This document shows, piece by piece, positions 17,901 to 26,276 of a stretch of 64,000 bases of DNA. Below the pieces are notes generated by a model that worked only from the letters and a program-made list of their open reading frames with translations, had not been told where the DNA came from and made no database searches. Made by a program: the position numbers and the translations under genes. Numbering within the stretch: the stretch's first letter is position 1; the number at the start of each line of letters is the position of its first letter. This DNA is from a virus: the IMG/VR virus record IMGVR_UViG_3300050821_005814, positions 32,001 to 96,000 of that record, one strand, 5' to 3'.

Positions 17901-18445
17901 GTCTCTTCAAACTCACCATCGAGGATCTCACCCTGCGCCGGACCATTGAAGTCAAAGATCAGCGTAGGTGGCGGACGCAGATTACCATCTGGGTTGTTGA
18001 TGTCGACCTGACCGCGCTTCTTCCACGTATCCTTCTGACGGTTGGTCAGCCACAACTCAATAGCACCGACATCAGGCGGGTAATGCTCTATGTACGAGGC
18101 ACGCTTGATATCACCCGTCTTACTGTCGTACCAAAGCTTCTCCGCCGCATGCTCATACCCCTTGGCACGATGGTAGAGCGCATGCGCTACAACACCATCA
18201 GCGAGGTCACCACCTTCATTCCAACTACTCGCGAATTCTGCGATACTACTACGCCAGTCTTCTATCGTCTGCGGACTGACTTCAAAGATCTCACATATGC
18301 GCTGGTGGGATAAGCCGCACATGCGTAACTTGCGTACAAGATCCGCATACCCCTCGCGATACAATGTAGGGCGCCCCACAGGACGCTCCTTCATCTCGTA
18401 CTTGCGCTTGCGGCCGAAATGCCCCTTGGGGTACTTACCCGCCAT
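17897..18445 (-). CDS. terS: Terminase small subunit
   Basis: GRPTLY...HTH (ICEIFEVSPQTIEDW)...VAHALYHRAKGY...HYPPDVGAIELWLTNRQKDTW; exact start uncertain. Confidence 0.85.
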   Translation of the reverse strand: MAGKYPKGHFGRKRKYEMKERPVGRPTLYREGYADLVRKLRMCGLSHQRICEIFEVSPQTIEDWRSSIAEFASSWNEGGDLADGVVAHALYHRAKGYEHAAEKLWYDSKTGDIKRASYIEHYPPDVGAIELWLTNRQKDTWKKRGQVDINNPDGNLRPPPTLIFDFNGPAQGEILDGEFEET

Positions 18446-18491
18446 GCGCGGCAGTGATTGACGCTTCATAGTCCATAGTCCCGCAAAGGCT

Positions 18492-18779
18492 TTAGGGTGC
18501 TGCCATCGCCGTTGGATGGTCGAGGAAGGAGAACACTGGCGTGATCTCAATGCGGAGCTGGTTGCTTGCCCCACCATCCCATGACGCTTGGCTGCCTGAT
18601 GCATCAACCTGCACTGGCATCATCGGCGGATATGCATCGAGTGCTGCCTCGATGATGTCAACGGCTTTCAGCATGATGGACTGTTCAGGTTCAGCCATCT
18701 TCATCGATGATGCTTGCCGCTTGATCTCCGCCATGACGAGTGGCGGCCGGCCGGTTACCTTGTAGAAGCTCCACGACAT
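18492..18779 (-). CDS. Hypothetical protein
   Basis: 95 aa, GGGGAG SD; MSWS...VQVDASGSQ. Confidence 0.7.
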   Translation of the reverse strand: MSWSFYKVTGRPPLVMAEIKRQASSMKMAEPEQSIMLKAVDIIEAALDAYPPMMPVQVDASGSQASWDGGASNQLRIEITPVFSFLDHPTAMAAP

Positions 18780-18794
18780 AGTCGATACTCCCCC

Positions 18795-18905
18795 TTAGTG
18801 AATGCAGCGCCAAAGCACTGCTAGCAACATGATGGCGCAACCAATGCCGAATACCGTAGCGAATGACTGCGCGAACAGATCCAAGTATGCGCGTAGTGTC
18901 TTCAT
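18795..18905 (-). CDS. Small membrane peptide
   Basis: MKTLRAYLDLFAQSFATVFGIGCAIMLLAVLWRCIH, ATGA-coupled. Confidence 0.5.
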   Translation of the reverse strand: MKTLRAYLDLFAQSFATVFGIGCAIMLLAVLWRCIH

Positions 18906-19114
18906 CGCAGCAGCGGCAAGCTGTGAATGGTGCCGCCAACCAAATTGAGTAGCATGAGAATGACTATCAAGCACGCAATCACGACGACAACAACGCGTGC
19001 AGCAGTAGCGAAAGGTTGAGGTAGCGGGATTTGCTGCAACACCCACAGGACGAGCCCGACAAGCAGTCCGACAATGAGTAGATAGATCAGCAGGTAGATC
19101 AACTCGTTGATCAT
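18902..19114 (-). CDS. Two-TM small membrane protein (Thivi_2564-like)
   Basis: LLIVGLLVGLVLWVLQQIPLPQPF...VVVVIACLIVILMLL. Confidence 0.7.
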   Translation of the reverse strand: MINELIYLLIYLLIVGLLVGLVLWVLQQIPLPQPFATAARVVVVVIACLIVILMLLNLVGGTIHSLPLLR

Positions 19115-19127
19115 GACGTCACACTCC

Positions 19128-19637
19128 CTATTGCACGAGCTCAACATTGGCTCGATCAAACATCAGCACGACCTCGCGCTGCATCCAACTCATGAGCAGC
19201 GCTACCCGTTGCTGATCGGTCCATGTGACGAACCCCTCGCGCAGCATACCAGTCTGATGATCGACTGCGAATGCTCCCTTTAGTATGCGTACCCTGCACC
19301 CCTCGAACAGAATAGGGCGCTCGGGATCGTCCATATTGGACATGGACTTGATCTCGTCGATCGCGCCAGGCGGCAGTGCGACGGGACAGTTCTCGCTGTG
19401 GGAGAACAACTGGCGTACGCCGCGCGTTGATACTATCTTCTTCCATGGATCGGACAGCAGGTCGAATGCAACAAAAGCGTACCGCGAGAACAATGGCTTA
19501 ATCGCTGGCGCCTTCTTACTCGTGTAGCGCCGCAGGTAGGTCGGGCAGAACGCCTCAAACCCCTGCTGCATCATATGCGCGACAGCTAGGAACTCGGATC
19601 TAGGCAGCGTGTATACGCAATACCATTCGATCGCCAT
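19128..19637 (-). CDS. NusG/RfaH-family transcription antiterminator
   Basis: WYCVYTLPRSE, PLFSRYAFV, IVSTRGV (NGN domain), KOW GCRVRILKGAF. Confidence 0.9.
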   Translation of the reverse strand: MAIEWYCVYTLPRSEFLAVAHMMQQGFEAFCPTYLRRYTSKKAPAIKPLFSRYAFVAFDLLSDPWKKIVSTRGVRQLFSHSENCPVALPPGAIDEIKSMSNMDDPERPILFEGCRVRILKGAFAVDHQTGMLREGFVTWTDQQRVALLMSWMQREVVLMFDRANVELVQ

Positions 19638-19647
19638 GCAGCACTAT

Positions 19648-19945
19648 CCCCCGTCCGACAGCTAAGTAGCTGCCGCAGACCACAGCGGTACGACCGACTG
19701 TAGCCCCGCCAAGCTGTGAACGGGGGAACCTTATAGCGACCATTTTGGTTTGGCTGCAACGCTTTGTTTTTGGTGCAGCATTTACTACGCCTGCATACTG
19801 CTAGTGCTAGTCTGACTATAGCTTGAAGTAGATCGCGACTAGCATCCAAAAGATAGCCATGAGAAAGCCTCCTTTGGCTACATCATAATAGCGGGTGAAA
19901 GTCGCGATGAAGCACCCGCTCAAGTAGAAGCTACCCCCCAGTATG
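19648..19945. ncRNA. Candidate structured RNA or leader upstream of the nusG-like gene
   Basis: ORF-free tract with at least 7 nested helices (see findings). Confidence 0.45.
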
Positions 19946-19976
19946 AGGAAGGGAATGGATGGTGCAGACAGATCTA

Positions 19977-20540
19977 TCACGTCTGCGGACCGATGAAGTG
20001 CCCATCCTTCAACTCGCCGACCTTCTCATAGTCCATACCGTGAATCACATGGTAGGCGTAGCCATCGCTGTTGTGCGATAGTGCGAGATACTCGCCGCGC
20101 TCCTTACGCTCGAGCACGACCGTCAGGTGATTCTGCAGGTCGTCAGGCAGTGCGTTGCGCGCAAGCAACACGTCACCGACCTGATAGCTTGTGCCGGTCG
20201 TGTAACGTCGCGTCGCAGTCAGGAGGGGCTCAATGAGTACGCGCTGCCCCTTGATCATGACGGATGCAACAGGCGGTTGCTGCTTTGGACCTACGGCAGG
20301 GCGCGGCTTGATCTCGACGAGATCGAGGTACTCTTCAGTCAACCAGCAGCGAATGTCGCCGATCGAAGGGATTTGGAACAGTACGCTCCATGTGTTCGTC
20401 TGTGGGTCGAGACGCTCAAGCATACCTATCTCCTGGCGCTGCGCGAGCATGACCAAATGACGGTTCTGCTGCATGCCGCCAACGGGATTTGGCGGGACTT
20501 CCTTGATTGTGACGCGTGAACCTGCTCTGAAGTCAGACAT
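19977..20540 (-). CDS. Hypothetical protein
   Basis: Start ATG 20540 after AAGGAG. Confidence 0.65.
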   Translation of the reverse strand: MSDFRAGSRVTIKEVPPNPVGGMQQNRHLVMLAQRQEIGMLERLDPQTNTWSVLFQIPSIGDIRCWLTEEYLDLVEIKPRPAVGPKQQPPVASVMIKGQRVLIEPLLTATRRYTTGTSYQVGDVLLARNALPDDLQNHLTVVLERKERGEYLALSHNSDGYAYHVIHGMDYEKVGELKDGHFIGPQT

Positions 20541-20593
20541 GGGGATCTCCTTGCGATTGTCGTAGCCGAAGTGAACGATTGGTGGCCAGGGGC

Positions 20594-20788
20594 TCATGGT
20601 TGCCAGCTATGTAGTGCTCGCGCCTCTTGATGCGCGAAAGCGCGCAAGCGGTCCGCCTCATCATCGGTAAGCCCTTGGATTCGGCCGCTCTCAGGCGAGT
20701 AGTGCTTCGCGAGCAACGCGGCATAGATACTGGCTGCTACCAACAGCAGCACATCCCTGAAATCATCCATGATGTACCCGCCGCACAA
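20594..20788 (-). CDS. Small hypothetical protein
   Basis: Short ORF in operon orientation. Confidence 0.4.
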   Translation of the reverse strand: MCGGYIMDDFRDVLLLVAASIYAALLAKHYSPESGRIQGLTDDEADRLRAFAHQEARALHSWQP

Positions 20789-21320
20789 GCGCTAGCGCGC
20801 CAAGCGCTAATGCTAGTATGAACGCACTGCGCGGTTCAGGCGTGCCAATTGAAGGCGGGAGAGGAGTACCCTCAACGCATTCGTGCAGCGCAGCATCCCA
20901 ATGATGAGCTGGTTGACACGGATGATCCTCGACAGGCGTTGTCTCAATGGCGACAATACCTGGCGTGATTATGCCGAACAGCGGGAATGCTGGTATGAAC
21001 GCGCCCCCTGGTAACTCCCCGCCGCCAAACCCGAAGGGTGCTTGCGGTACAGGGAATCCAAATGGCGGCCACCATGCTGCGTTGCCATTGTCTGCATTGG
21101 ACAAGGGAGGCGGCGCAGCCATACCTACTGGTGGGACAGGAGGTGTTGGGAACTGTGCTGTTGCTGGTGGTGGGCATGCAACAACGAGTGCCAGCACAAT
21201 GGTGGCTGGCAATGGTGGGGTTCCTGCATGCCATGCAGCAGCTCCCCATCTGGCGATCACTTCAGCTTTCGTATAGGCATGCTTGGCAACTAACACGATG
21301 CAATCACTGGCACTCGGCAT
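20763..21320 (-). CDS. Pro-rich protein with C-terminal PEP-CTERM sorting motif
   Basis: C-terminus TPEPRSAFILALALGALALVRR; start ATG 21320 after AGGAG and a GGGTATATTG motif. Confidence 0.7.
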   Translation of the reverse strand: MPSASDCIVLVAKHAYTKAEVIARWGAAAWHAGTPPLPATIVLALVVACPPPATAQFPTPPVPPVGMAAPPPLSNADNGNAAWWPPFGFPVPQAPFGFGGGELPGGAFIPAFPLFGIITPGIVAIETTPVEDHPCQPAHHWDAALHECVEGTPLPPSIGTPEPRSAFILALALGALALVRRVHHG

Positions 21321-21499
21321 CTCCTGACACTCCATAGGCTCGCATGCAATATACCCCTGTCCCCACCAATACCAATACGCTGGCGACGGGGCGCTTGCCC
21401 CGTCGCATGTTCCGAAGCGTATACGCAAGCGAAGCGCAGCGTATACGCGAAAGGAACATCGTCATGCATGCGTGTGCTAGTAGTAGGTCTAGCGGCCTA

Positions 21500-22045
21500 G
21501 ACATGGTACCCCCTACATCCAGTCTCGGTAGCCAAACCGACCCCCATTGTCACTGCGCTGCGCTTCGCTCCGCTTGTTCGTGGGGACCTGCACGACCTTG
21601 CAGGTCGTGCGTCCAGTCATTGGTTGTCTAAGCATGAGTTGCGGTAGCTGAAGGGATCGTTCAAACGATTCCAAAGCTATCAGGACACACGTACCCCATG
21701 CCGGAGTACGTAGTATCCCGCAGGACAGTAGTGCCAAGCCCCTCCTTGTGCAGGTCAGCGGTCTCACAAGTCGATACATCTCCCCGCGGTTTCTGCCGCG
21801 TTGCAAGTGGGAGGGAGTCCGGTGGGAGCAGTACGTATCTGACGGCGCAAGAACAACCGGACACTACCCGCCTGTCCTTGCTCTGGGTTGCTTTCTCTCA
21901 GAGCCCAGATCACTGAGGCATAGTCAAAGCCTCCATTCAGCTAATGTGCTCTAGGACAGTCGAGGCACCCAGTCCTGTATTCTGGATCGACCCCGCTAGC
22001 GATATGGTCCTGAGGCGGCAGCGCCGCTCGCATACATCAGCCCTT
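21500..22045. ncRNA. Candidate large structured ncRNA
   Basis: About 550 nt without a credible ORF, at least 10 helices including long-range pairings. Confidence 0.5.
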
Positions 22046-22046
22046 A

Positions 22047-22056
22047 GCATATACCC
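22047..22056 (-). promoter_or_regulatory. Phage promoter motif GGGTATATGC
   Basis: Member of a recurring GGGTATA(T/A)TG family. Confidence 0.55.
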
Positions 22057-22274
22057 GACATTGCATTCATATTGCCAGTTGGTAGCGGTGCATTGGCGTT
22101 AAGCGCTTGATCTCATTGCAATCACGCCTGTCAGAATTATCTGACTTGCGCACAACCGCCTGCATTGACTATGTACTGGACTGTTTGAAACAGGGAAAGG
22201 GCATACTGCACGATGCTATGCGCGCCAGGTATAGTAAGAAGCGTAGCTAGCACCCCGTGCGGATCCATAGGACC

Positions 22275-22766
22275 ATGGCAGAGAAGGCGACTCTCGATGA
22301 ACTGATAGCGGCGCTGTCTCAGCGCGACGCGCTCAGGATCCATAAGCAGCTCCTTCATCGATTCGATGCCAAGCAAGGCAAGGTCGCCCCATTCACATCA
22401 CAGGAAGACGACTTCTACACGGCCCTGCACCGCGTGATGAATGGGCGGTTGTTGCCAAAGCTTGAGCTCGCGACGCACAAGAAAATCCATGGGCGGAACG
22501 GTTACAAGCGTGCGGCTACGCAGCTATTCACGACGTTGAAGAATGGTAGTGACGGTACGCTGCGGCGGCCGCAAATGCTGGCGCTTGCCTACGAGGCGCT
22601 TAGCTGTCTTGCGGAGGCGATGGAGGAATGGGGCATCCCTGTCTCCGCCGCCAACTTGATTATGCAGATCGACAACAACCTTGAGCATGCCCTTAACGAA
22701 GCGTACCCGGGGTATCTCGAGAACCGCATGTTGCACTACCTAGCTCCGATGCTCGAGGCTGCATAG
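22275..22766 (+). CDS. Hypothetical protein
   Basis: First gene of the rightward arm; ATG 22275 after AGGA. Confidence 0.75.
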   Translation: MAEKATLDELIAALSQRDALRIHKQLLHRFDAKQGKVAPFTSQEDDFYTALHRVMNGRLLPKLELATHKKIHGRNGYKRAATQLFTTLKNGSDGTLRRPQMLALAYEALSCLAEAMEEWGIPVSAANLIMQIDNNLEHALNEAYPGYLENRMLHYLAPMLEAA

Positions 22767-22775
22767 GGTATATTG
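22766..22775 (+). promoter_or_regulatory. Phage promoter motif GGGTATATTG
   Basis: Recurring motif, directly upstream of a structured tract. Confidence 0.6.
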
Positions 22776-22787
22776 GCTATTGTCTGC

Positions 22788-23070
22788 GCTGGTGGGAAAT
22801 GAGTGGTGTGCTGATGAACCCTCCCGCCAGCACGGATCGGATCGCTGTGCCCCCCAAAGGCAGTGATCCGTGGCGGCTCTTGTGCTTCCGTGAGAGTCGC
22901 TAAGGAGAAGGGTGCGTAGGGCCGCAACAGCCCGACTGTACGCTACGCACCCTTCACTCCCTCTAGCAGTTGGTAGTGCAGTGCCCGGTCCAGATCCCCT
23001 TAGCTTAACACGCCGCAATACAGTCATGGGACTCGCACTATGCGGGTTCGGCAATCCGCGCGCTGACTGC
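22788..23070 (+). ncRNA. Candidate structured ncRNA or 5' leader
   Basis: Five consecutive stem domains with G-U pairs on the plus strand, starting just after a promoter motif. Confidence 0.6.
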
Positions 23071-23094
23071 AATGCGTATGCAGGAGACTACAGT

Positions 23095-23598
23095 ATGCTT
23101 GTCGGCTTCAGTGCGCATCTCGATGGTGTCAACCAAATGGGATGCATGAACCTTGCGTATACGGCAGTCGGTATGCGCAACACGGACTTCAATGACGCAG
23201 GCTATGACCTTGCCAACAACTGGTGGATGCCGCCAGCCGTCGGGCTAGTCATCATGGCATTCAATGTGTGGATCAACGCTAACGCATGCGCGCCTATCAT
23301 GGCGGACTCAGCAGGGCGTGTCACGTTTCCGCCTGGCGAAGGGTTTGCGCAGTGCGGCAAGATACACTCGAGCCGCGATCGAGGCGCATCCTGGCAGCAG
23401 GTCAAAGCAGCGCCGGGGTTCAACCCCGCTGGATACCCCGGCACAGGTGGTTCTGGGAATGCCGGCATTCTCGCAAAGGCAGATGGCATGACAGCATTTC
23501 GACTGTTCATGTATACGACATCCGCTGACGGTAAGGATGAGTGCGTGATCGATGGCAATCCCGCACACACATGGTTCACAGGGTTCTATGCGCAATGA
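23095..23598 (+). CDS. Stand-alone C1q-like beta-sandwich protein
   Basis: ATG 23095 after AGGAG; GFSA...YDLANNWWMPPAVG...TWFTG. Confidence 0.6.
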   Translation: MLVGFSAHLDGVNQMGCMNLAYTAVGMRNTDFNDAGYDLANNWWMPPAVGLVIMAFNVWINANACAPIMADSAGRVTFPPGEGFAQCGKIHSSRDRGASWQQVKAAPGFNPAGYPGTGGSGNAGILAKADGMTAFRLFMYTTSADGKDECVIDGNPAHTWFTGFYAQ

Positions 23599-23981
23599 GT
23601 GAATGGGAAGCTGCGGCTAAGGCCGCGTTGCAGCGGCGGGAACGCGAGATGGGTCGCGCTGAAGTCACTGAAGCAGAGATTGCCGAGAAGATTGCAGCTG
23701 ATCCTGTTGCCGCTGCCGCAGTCCTATGCCGGCAGGAAGACAAGTTAATCGCAGCAGAGAAGGAGTTGCGCAACCTACTATCCGCCATGGACGAGTCTCT
23801 TTGGCATCGTCACGCCGAAATGGGCAAGAGAGTCAAACGCATCTGCATCACGGAAGATGCTATCGCTCGTATCCGCGTGATTGTTGGAGATAACGCATGT
23901 GATCATCCTAACTACGCCTTCTCCGAACACGGTAGATGCTGCCCTCACTGCGGCACATTCATGGTGGACTTCGGAGATTGA
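23595..23981 (+). CDS. Hypothetical protein with C-terminal zinc ribbon
   Basis: CDH...CPHCG; ATGA-coupled. Confidence 0.65.
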   Translation: MSEWEAAAKAALQRREREMGRAEVTEAEIAEKIAADPVAAAAVLCRQEDKLIAAEKELRNLLSAMDESLWHRHAEMGKRVKRICITEDAIARIRVIVGDNACDHPNYAFSEHGRCCPHCGTFMVDFGD

Positions 23982-23983
23982 AA

Positions 23984-24214
23984 ATGGCCAACGGTAAAAC
24001 TAATACGACCGACCCTCTCGATATGCCCCTACCGTGTGAAATCCGGGTGCCTGGAATGCGGTTCAGCAAGGGCGTGAAACTTCGTGTGTTTGTGGAGGCA
24101 GCGGCGCGTTGGAAGGCTATGGCTGATCGGCCAACGCAGAAGATGAACACGCAAGAGGTCGCCAGATTTCTCGAAAGGCTGCATCGGAAGGAAAATCTAC
24201 GTGGCGAAAATTGA
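23984..24214 (+). CDS. Hypothetical protein
   Basis: 76 aa; DPLDMPLPCEIRV...KGVKLR. Confidence 0.65.
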   Translation: MANGKTNTTDPLDMPLPCEIRVPGMRFSKGVKLRVFVEAAARWKAMADRPTQKMNTQEVARFLERLHRKENLRGEN

Positions 24215-24230
24215 AACGACCGTTTAGGTC

Positions 24231-25238
24231 ATGCCCTACGATTGGCGCTCTCTGCTGGACCAAGCGCGCATCCCCTGGCGCGTGAAAGGTCCCAACACAT
24301 CCAAAGGGAATGTGTCAATCGAGTGCCCATTTTGCGGCGACGATCCAAGCTTTCATTTCCAGCTTAGCGAAACGTTTGATGGCTACCGTTGCCTACGCGA
24401 CAGCAGGCACAACGGCTCGCATATGGTGCGCCTACTGGTCGCCTTAGGATATAGCCGCACCGAAGCGCAAGTACTCCTGCATGAGCATAAGCTGGACAAG
24501 AAGCCGCTCCCGCCAAAGCCGCGCGCCATTGAAGACCTGACCGACATCTGGCAGCGCTTCCCGCCAGCCGAAGACGCACCGCATAGCATGCGCTACCTGA
24601 AAGGGCGCGGCTTCACTAATCCCATGCAGACAGCTATTGACTACGATTTGCGCTATGCCAGGGCGGGCGATTGGGCGCAGCGTGTGCTCATACCATTTGC
24701 AGTTGATGGGATAGTCGTCAGTTGGGCTGGGCGCGCGACTACGAGTTACCTACGTCCTCGCTATCGTATGTATGATCCAAGTCCTCCTGGATTGATCTAT
24801 GTGCCGCGCGTCATCACGACTGAACAGACCGTTGTGATCGTCGAAGGGCAATTCGATGCACTCAAGATCGCAGTTGCAACAGAACGCGATTCCGTCGGTG
24901 TGATCGGCCTGAGCGGTAAGAACCTTGACAGCGCAGACCGTCTATTGCGCCTAGCACATGTGCTCGGCAAAAGCAGAAGGCTAATCTTGCTTGCGCTTGA
25001 TCCTGATGTCTCTGTTGGCGTTGCCAGCCATTCTATTATGCTGGTTGCGCAAGCATTGCGCTGGTGCTATGTTGCGCGCCTTCATGTGCCCGTCGGTCAG
25101 GAAGATCCAGGGGCAATGTCTTTGGGGGACGCGCAGAAGTGGATCCAAAACGCAATACGCGCAAACGCGCGAGTCTTTATGTCGGGCCGCAGTGGTCAGG
25201 CACATTCGAGGAATACGCCCGCAAGTACGCGCGCATAA
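24231..25238 (+). CDS. DNA primase (Zn finger plus TOPRIM)
   Basis: CPFCGDD...H...C; YLKGRG; RVLIP; IVEGQFDA; LDPD; EDPG. Confidence 0.9.
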   Translation: MPYDWRSLLDQARIPWRVKGPNTSKGNVSIECPFCGDDPSFHFQLSETFDGYRCLRDSRHNGSHMVRLLVALGYSRTEAQVLLHEHKLDKKPLPPKPRAIEDLTDIWQRFPPAEDAPHSMRYLKGRGFTNPMQTAIDYDLRYARAGDWAQRVLIPFAVDGIVVSWAGRATTSYLRPRYRMYDPSPPGLIYVPRVITTEQTVVIVEGQFDALKIAVATERDSVGVIGLSGKNLDSADRLLRLAHVLGKSRRLILLALDPDVSVGVASHSIMLVAQALRWCYVARLHVPVGQEDPGAMSLGDAQKWIQNAIRANARVFMSGRSGQAHSRNTPASTRA

Positions 25239-25720
25239 ACTACTGGAAGGTGCGCAAGCATTGCGAGACAGTGCAAGACGCTGAGCAGGAGTGCGCGATG
25301 GTCTTCGCCGACTGCTACAAGCGCTATGCGCACAAGGTCAACAATGATGCATGGTTCATGGCGCTGTACAAGCGCATGCTAGCAACGCATTGGATCAAGC
25401 TCGCCGAGAAGGGCCAGCGTCGATGTCTACTACCGATCATTGAAGAGCAGCCCGACGACTCGCTCGCGCTACTCGTAGCTGACCCTCAGGCAGAGGATAA
25501 CGTCGCAGGCGCGGCTGAGATCGCAGTCGCCTGGTCCCGTGCATCGTCCGAAGCGAAAGCAGTACTGCGCATAATTGCGGACGCGCCGGCGGAAGTCCTG
25601 CAAGAGCTGCTCAACAATAGGATCTCCGACACGCGGCGCAATCGCAGGTTTCGCCGCTGGGCCAATCTGCCTGGTAAGCCTGACATTCTCGGGGAGCTGC
25701 GTGCGTTACTACACGCATAG
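25139..25720 (+). CDS. Possible phage sigma-factor-like transcription factor
   Basis: DAEQECAMVF...Y...WFMALY resembles sigma region 2; GTG start inferred. Confidence 0.45.
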   Translation: MDPKRNTRKRASLYVGPQWSGTFEEYARKYARINYWKVRKHCETVQDAEQECAMVFADCYKRYAHKVNNDAWFMALYKRMLATHWIKLAEKGQRRCLLPIIEEQPDDSLALLVADPQAEDNVAGAAEIAVAWSRASSEAKAVLRIIADAPAEVLQELLNNRISDTRRNRRFRRWANLPGKPDILGELRALLHA

Positions 25721-25730
25721 GTAGCAATGT

Positions 25731-25740
25731 GGGTATAATG
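25731..25740 (+). promoter_or_regulatory. Phage promoter motif GGGTATAATG
   Basis: Intergenic, about 25 nt before ATG 25765. Confidence 0.6.
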
Positions 25741-25764
25741 CCTCTGTAGTCAGGAGGCACACCC

Positions 25765-26274
25765 ATGGTCAGACTAACGCCGAAGATGGTCGCGCCGACC
25801 GTCGCTATCAAGTTACGCGATGAGGTCATCGCCGAGATAGGCGATTGGCTGCTAATCATGCCAGACGACCAAGTTGTCGTCATGAACGATGCAGACGTGC
25901 GGGCAGTCTACACGCAGATCAAAGAGACTCATGCACCGGCAGGCAAAAAGTCCAAATACACGCGCGTTGTTGGCGTTTCGCCAAGATCATTTGCCGCCAT
26001 AATCAACGGCAAACCTGTGCGCGTCGGGGCGCAGACTATCCGCACATTGTCAGCCCTAAACGAGCTCCCTTTTGCACGCGGGACCACATCACAAGTAGCA
26101 AATAGGCTTACGCATCCTGATGATGCGCAGGTTTCAGCCCGCATGCTTGATGCAATCAGGTTTGAGTGCGTGCAATTGGATAAGTTCAATCGGCCCTTCA
26201 TATACCAACTCACGCCCGCAGGTGCGGAGGTCGTGCACCAATTCGGCAAGGAAGCAGGCAGAAAGGAATTCTGA
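25765..26274 (+). CDS. Hypothetical protein with winged-helix-like C-terminus
   Basis: AGGAGG SD; ...YQLTPAG. Confidence 0.7.
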   Translation: MVRLTPKMVAPTVAIKLRDEVIAEIGDWLLIMPDDQVVVMNDADVRAVYTQIKETHAPAGKKSKYTRVVGVSPRSFAAIINGKPVRVGAQTIRTLSALNELPFARGTTSQVANRLTHPDDAQVSARMLDAIRFECVQLDKFNRPFIYQLTPAGAEVVHQFGKEAGRKEF

Positions 26275-26276
26275 CT

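Noticed and set aside
19794-19945. tRNA gene suggested by cloverleaf-like topology
   Set aside because: About 150 nt long, with no TTC T-loop, D-loop GG or 7-nt anticodon loop.
21800-21935. RNase P-like (GAGGGAGTCCGG) and group I intron S-like (GGCATAGTC) words
   Set aside because: The partner strand is only about 30 nt away, too short for RNase P. No GACTA P7 partner and no interrupted gene were found.
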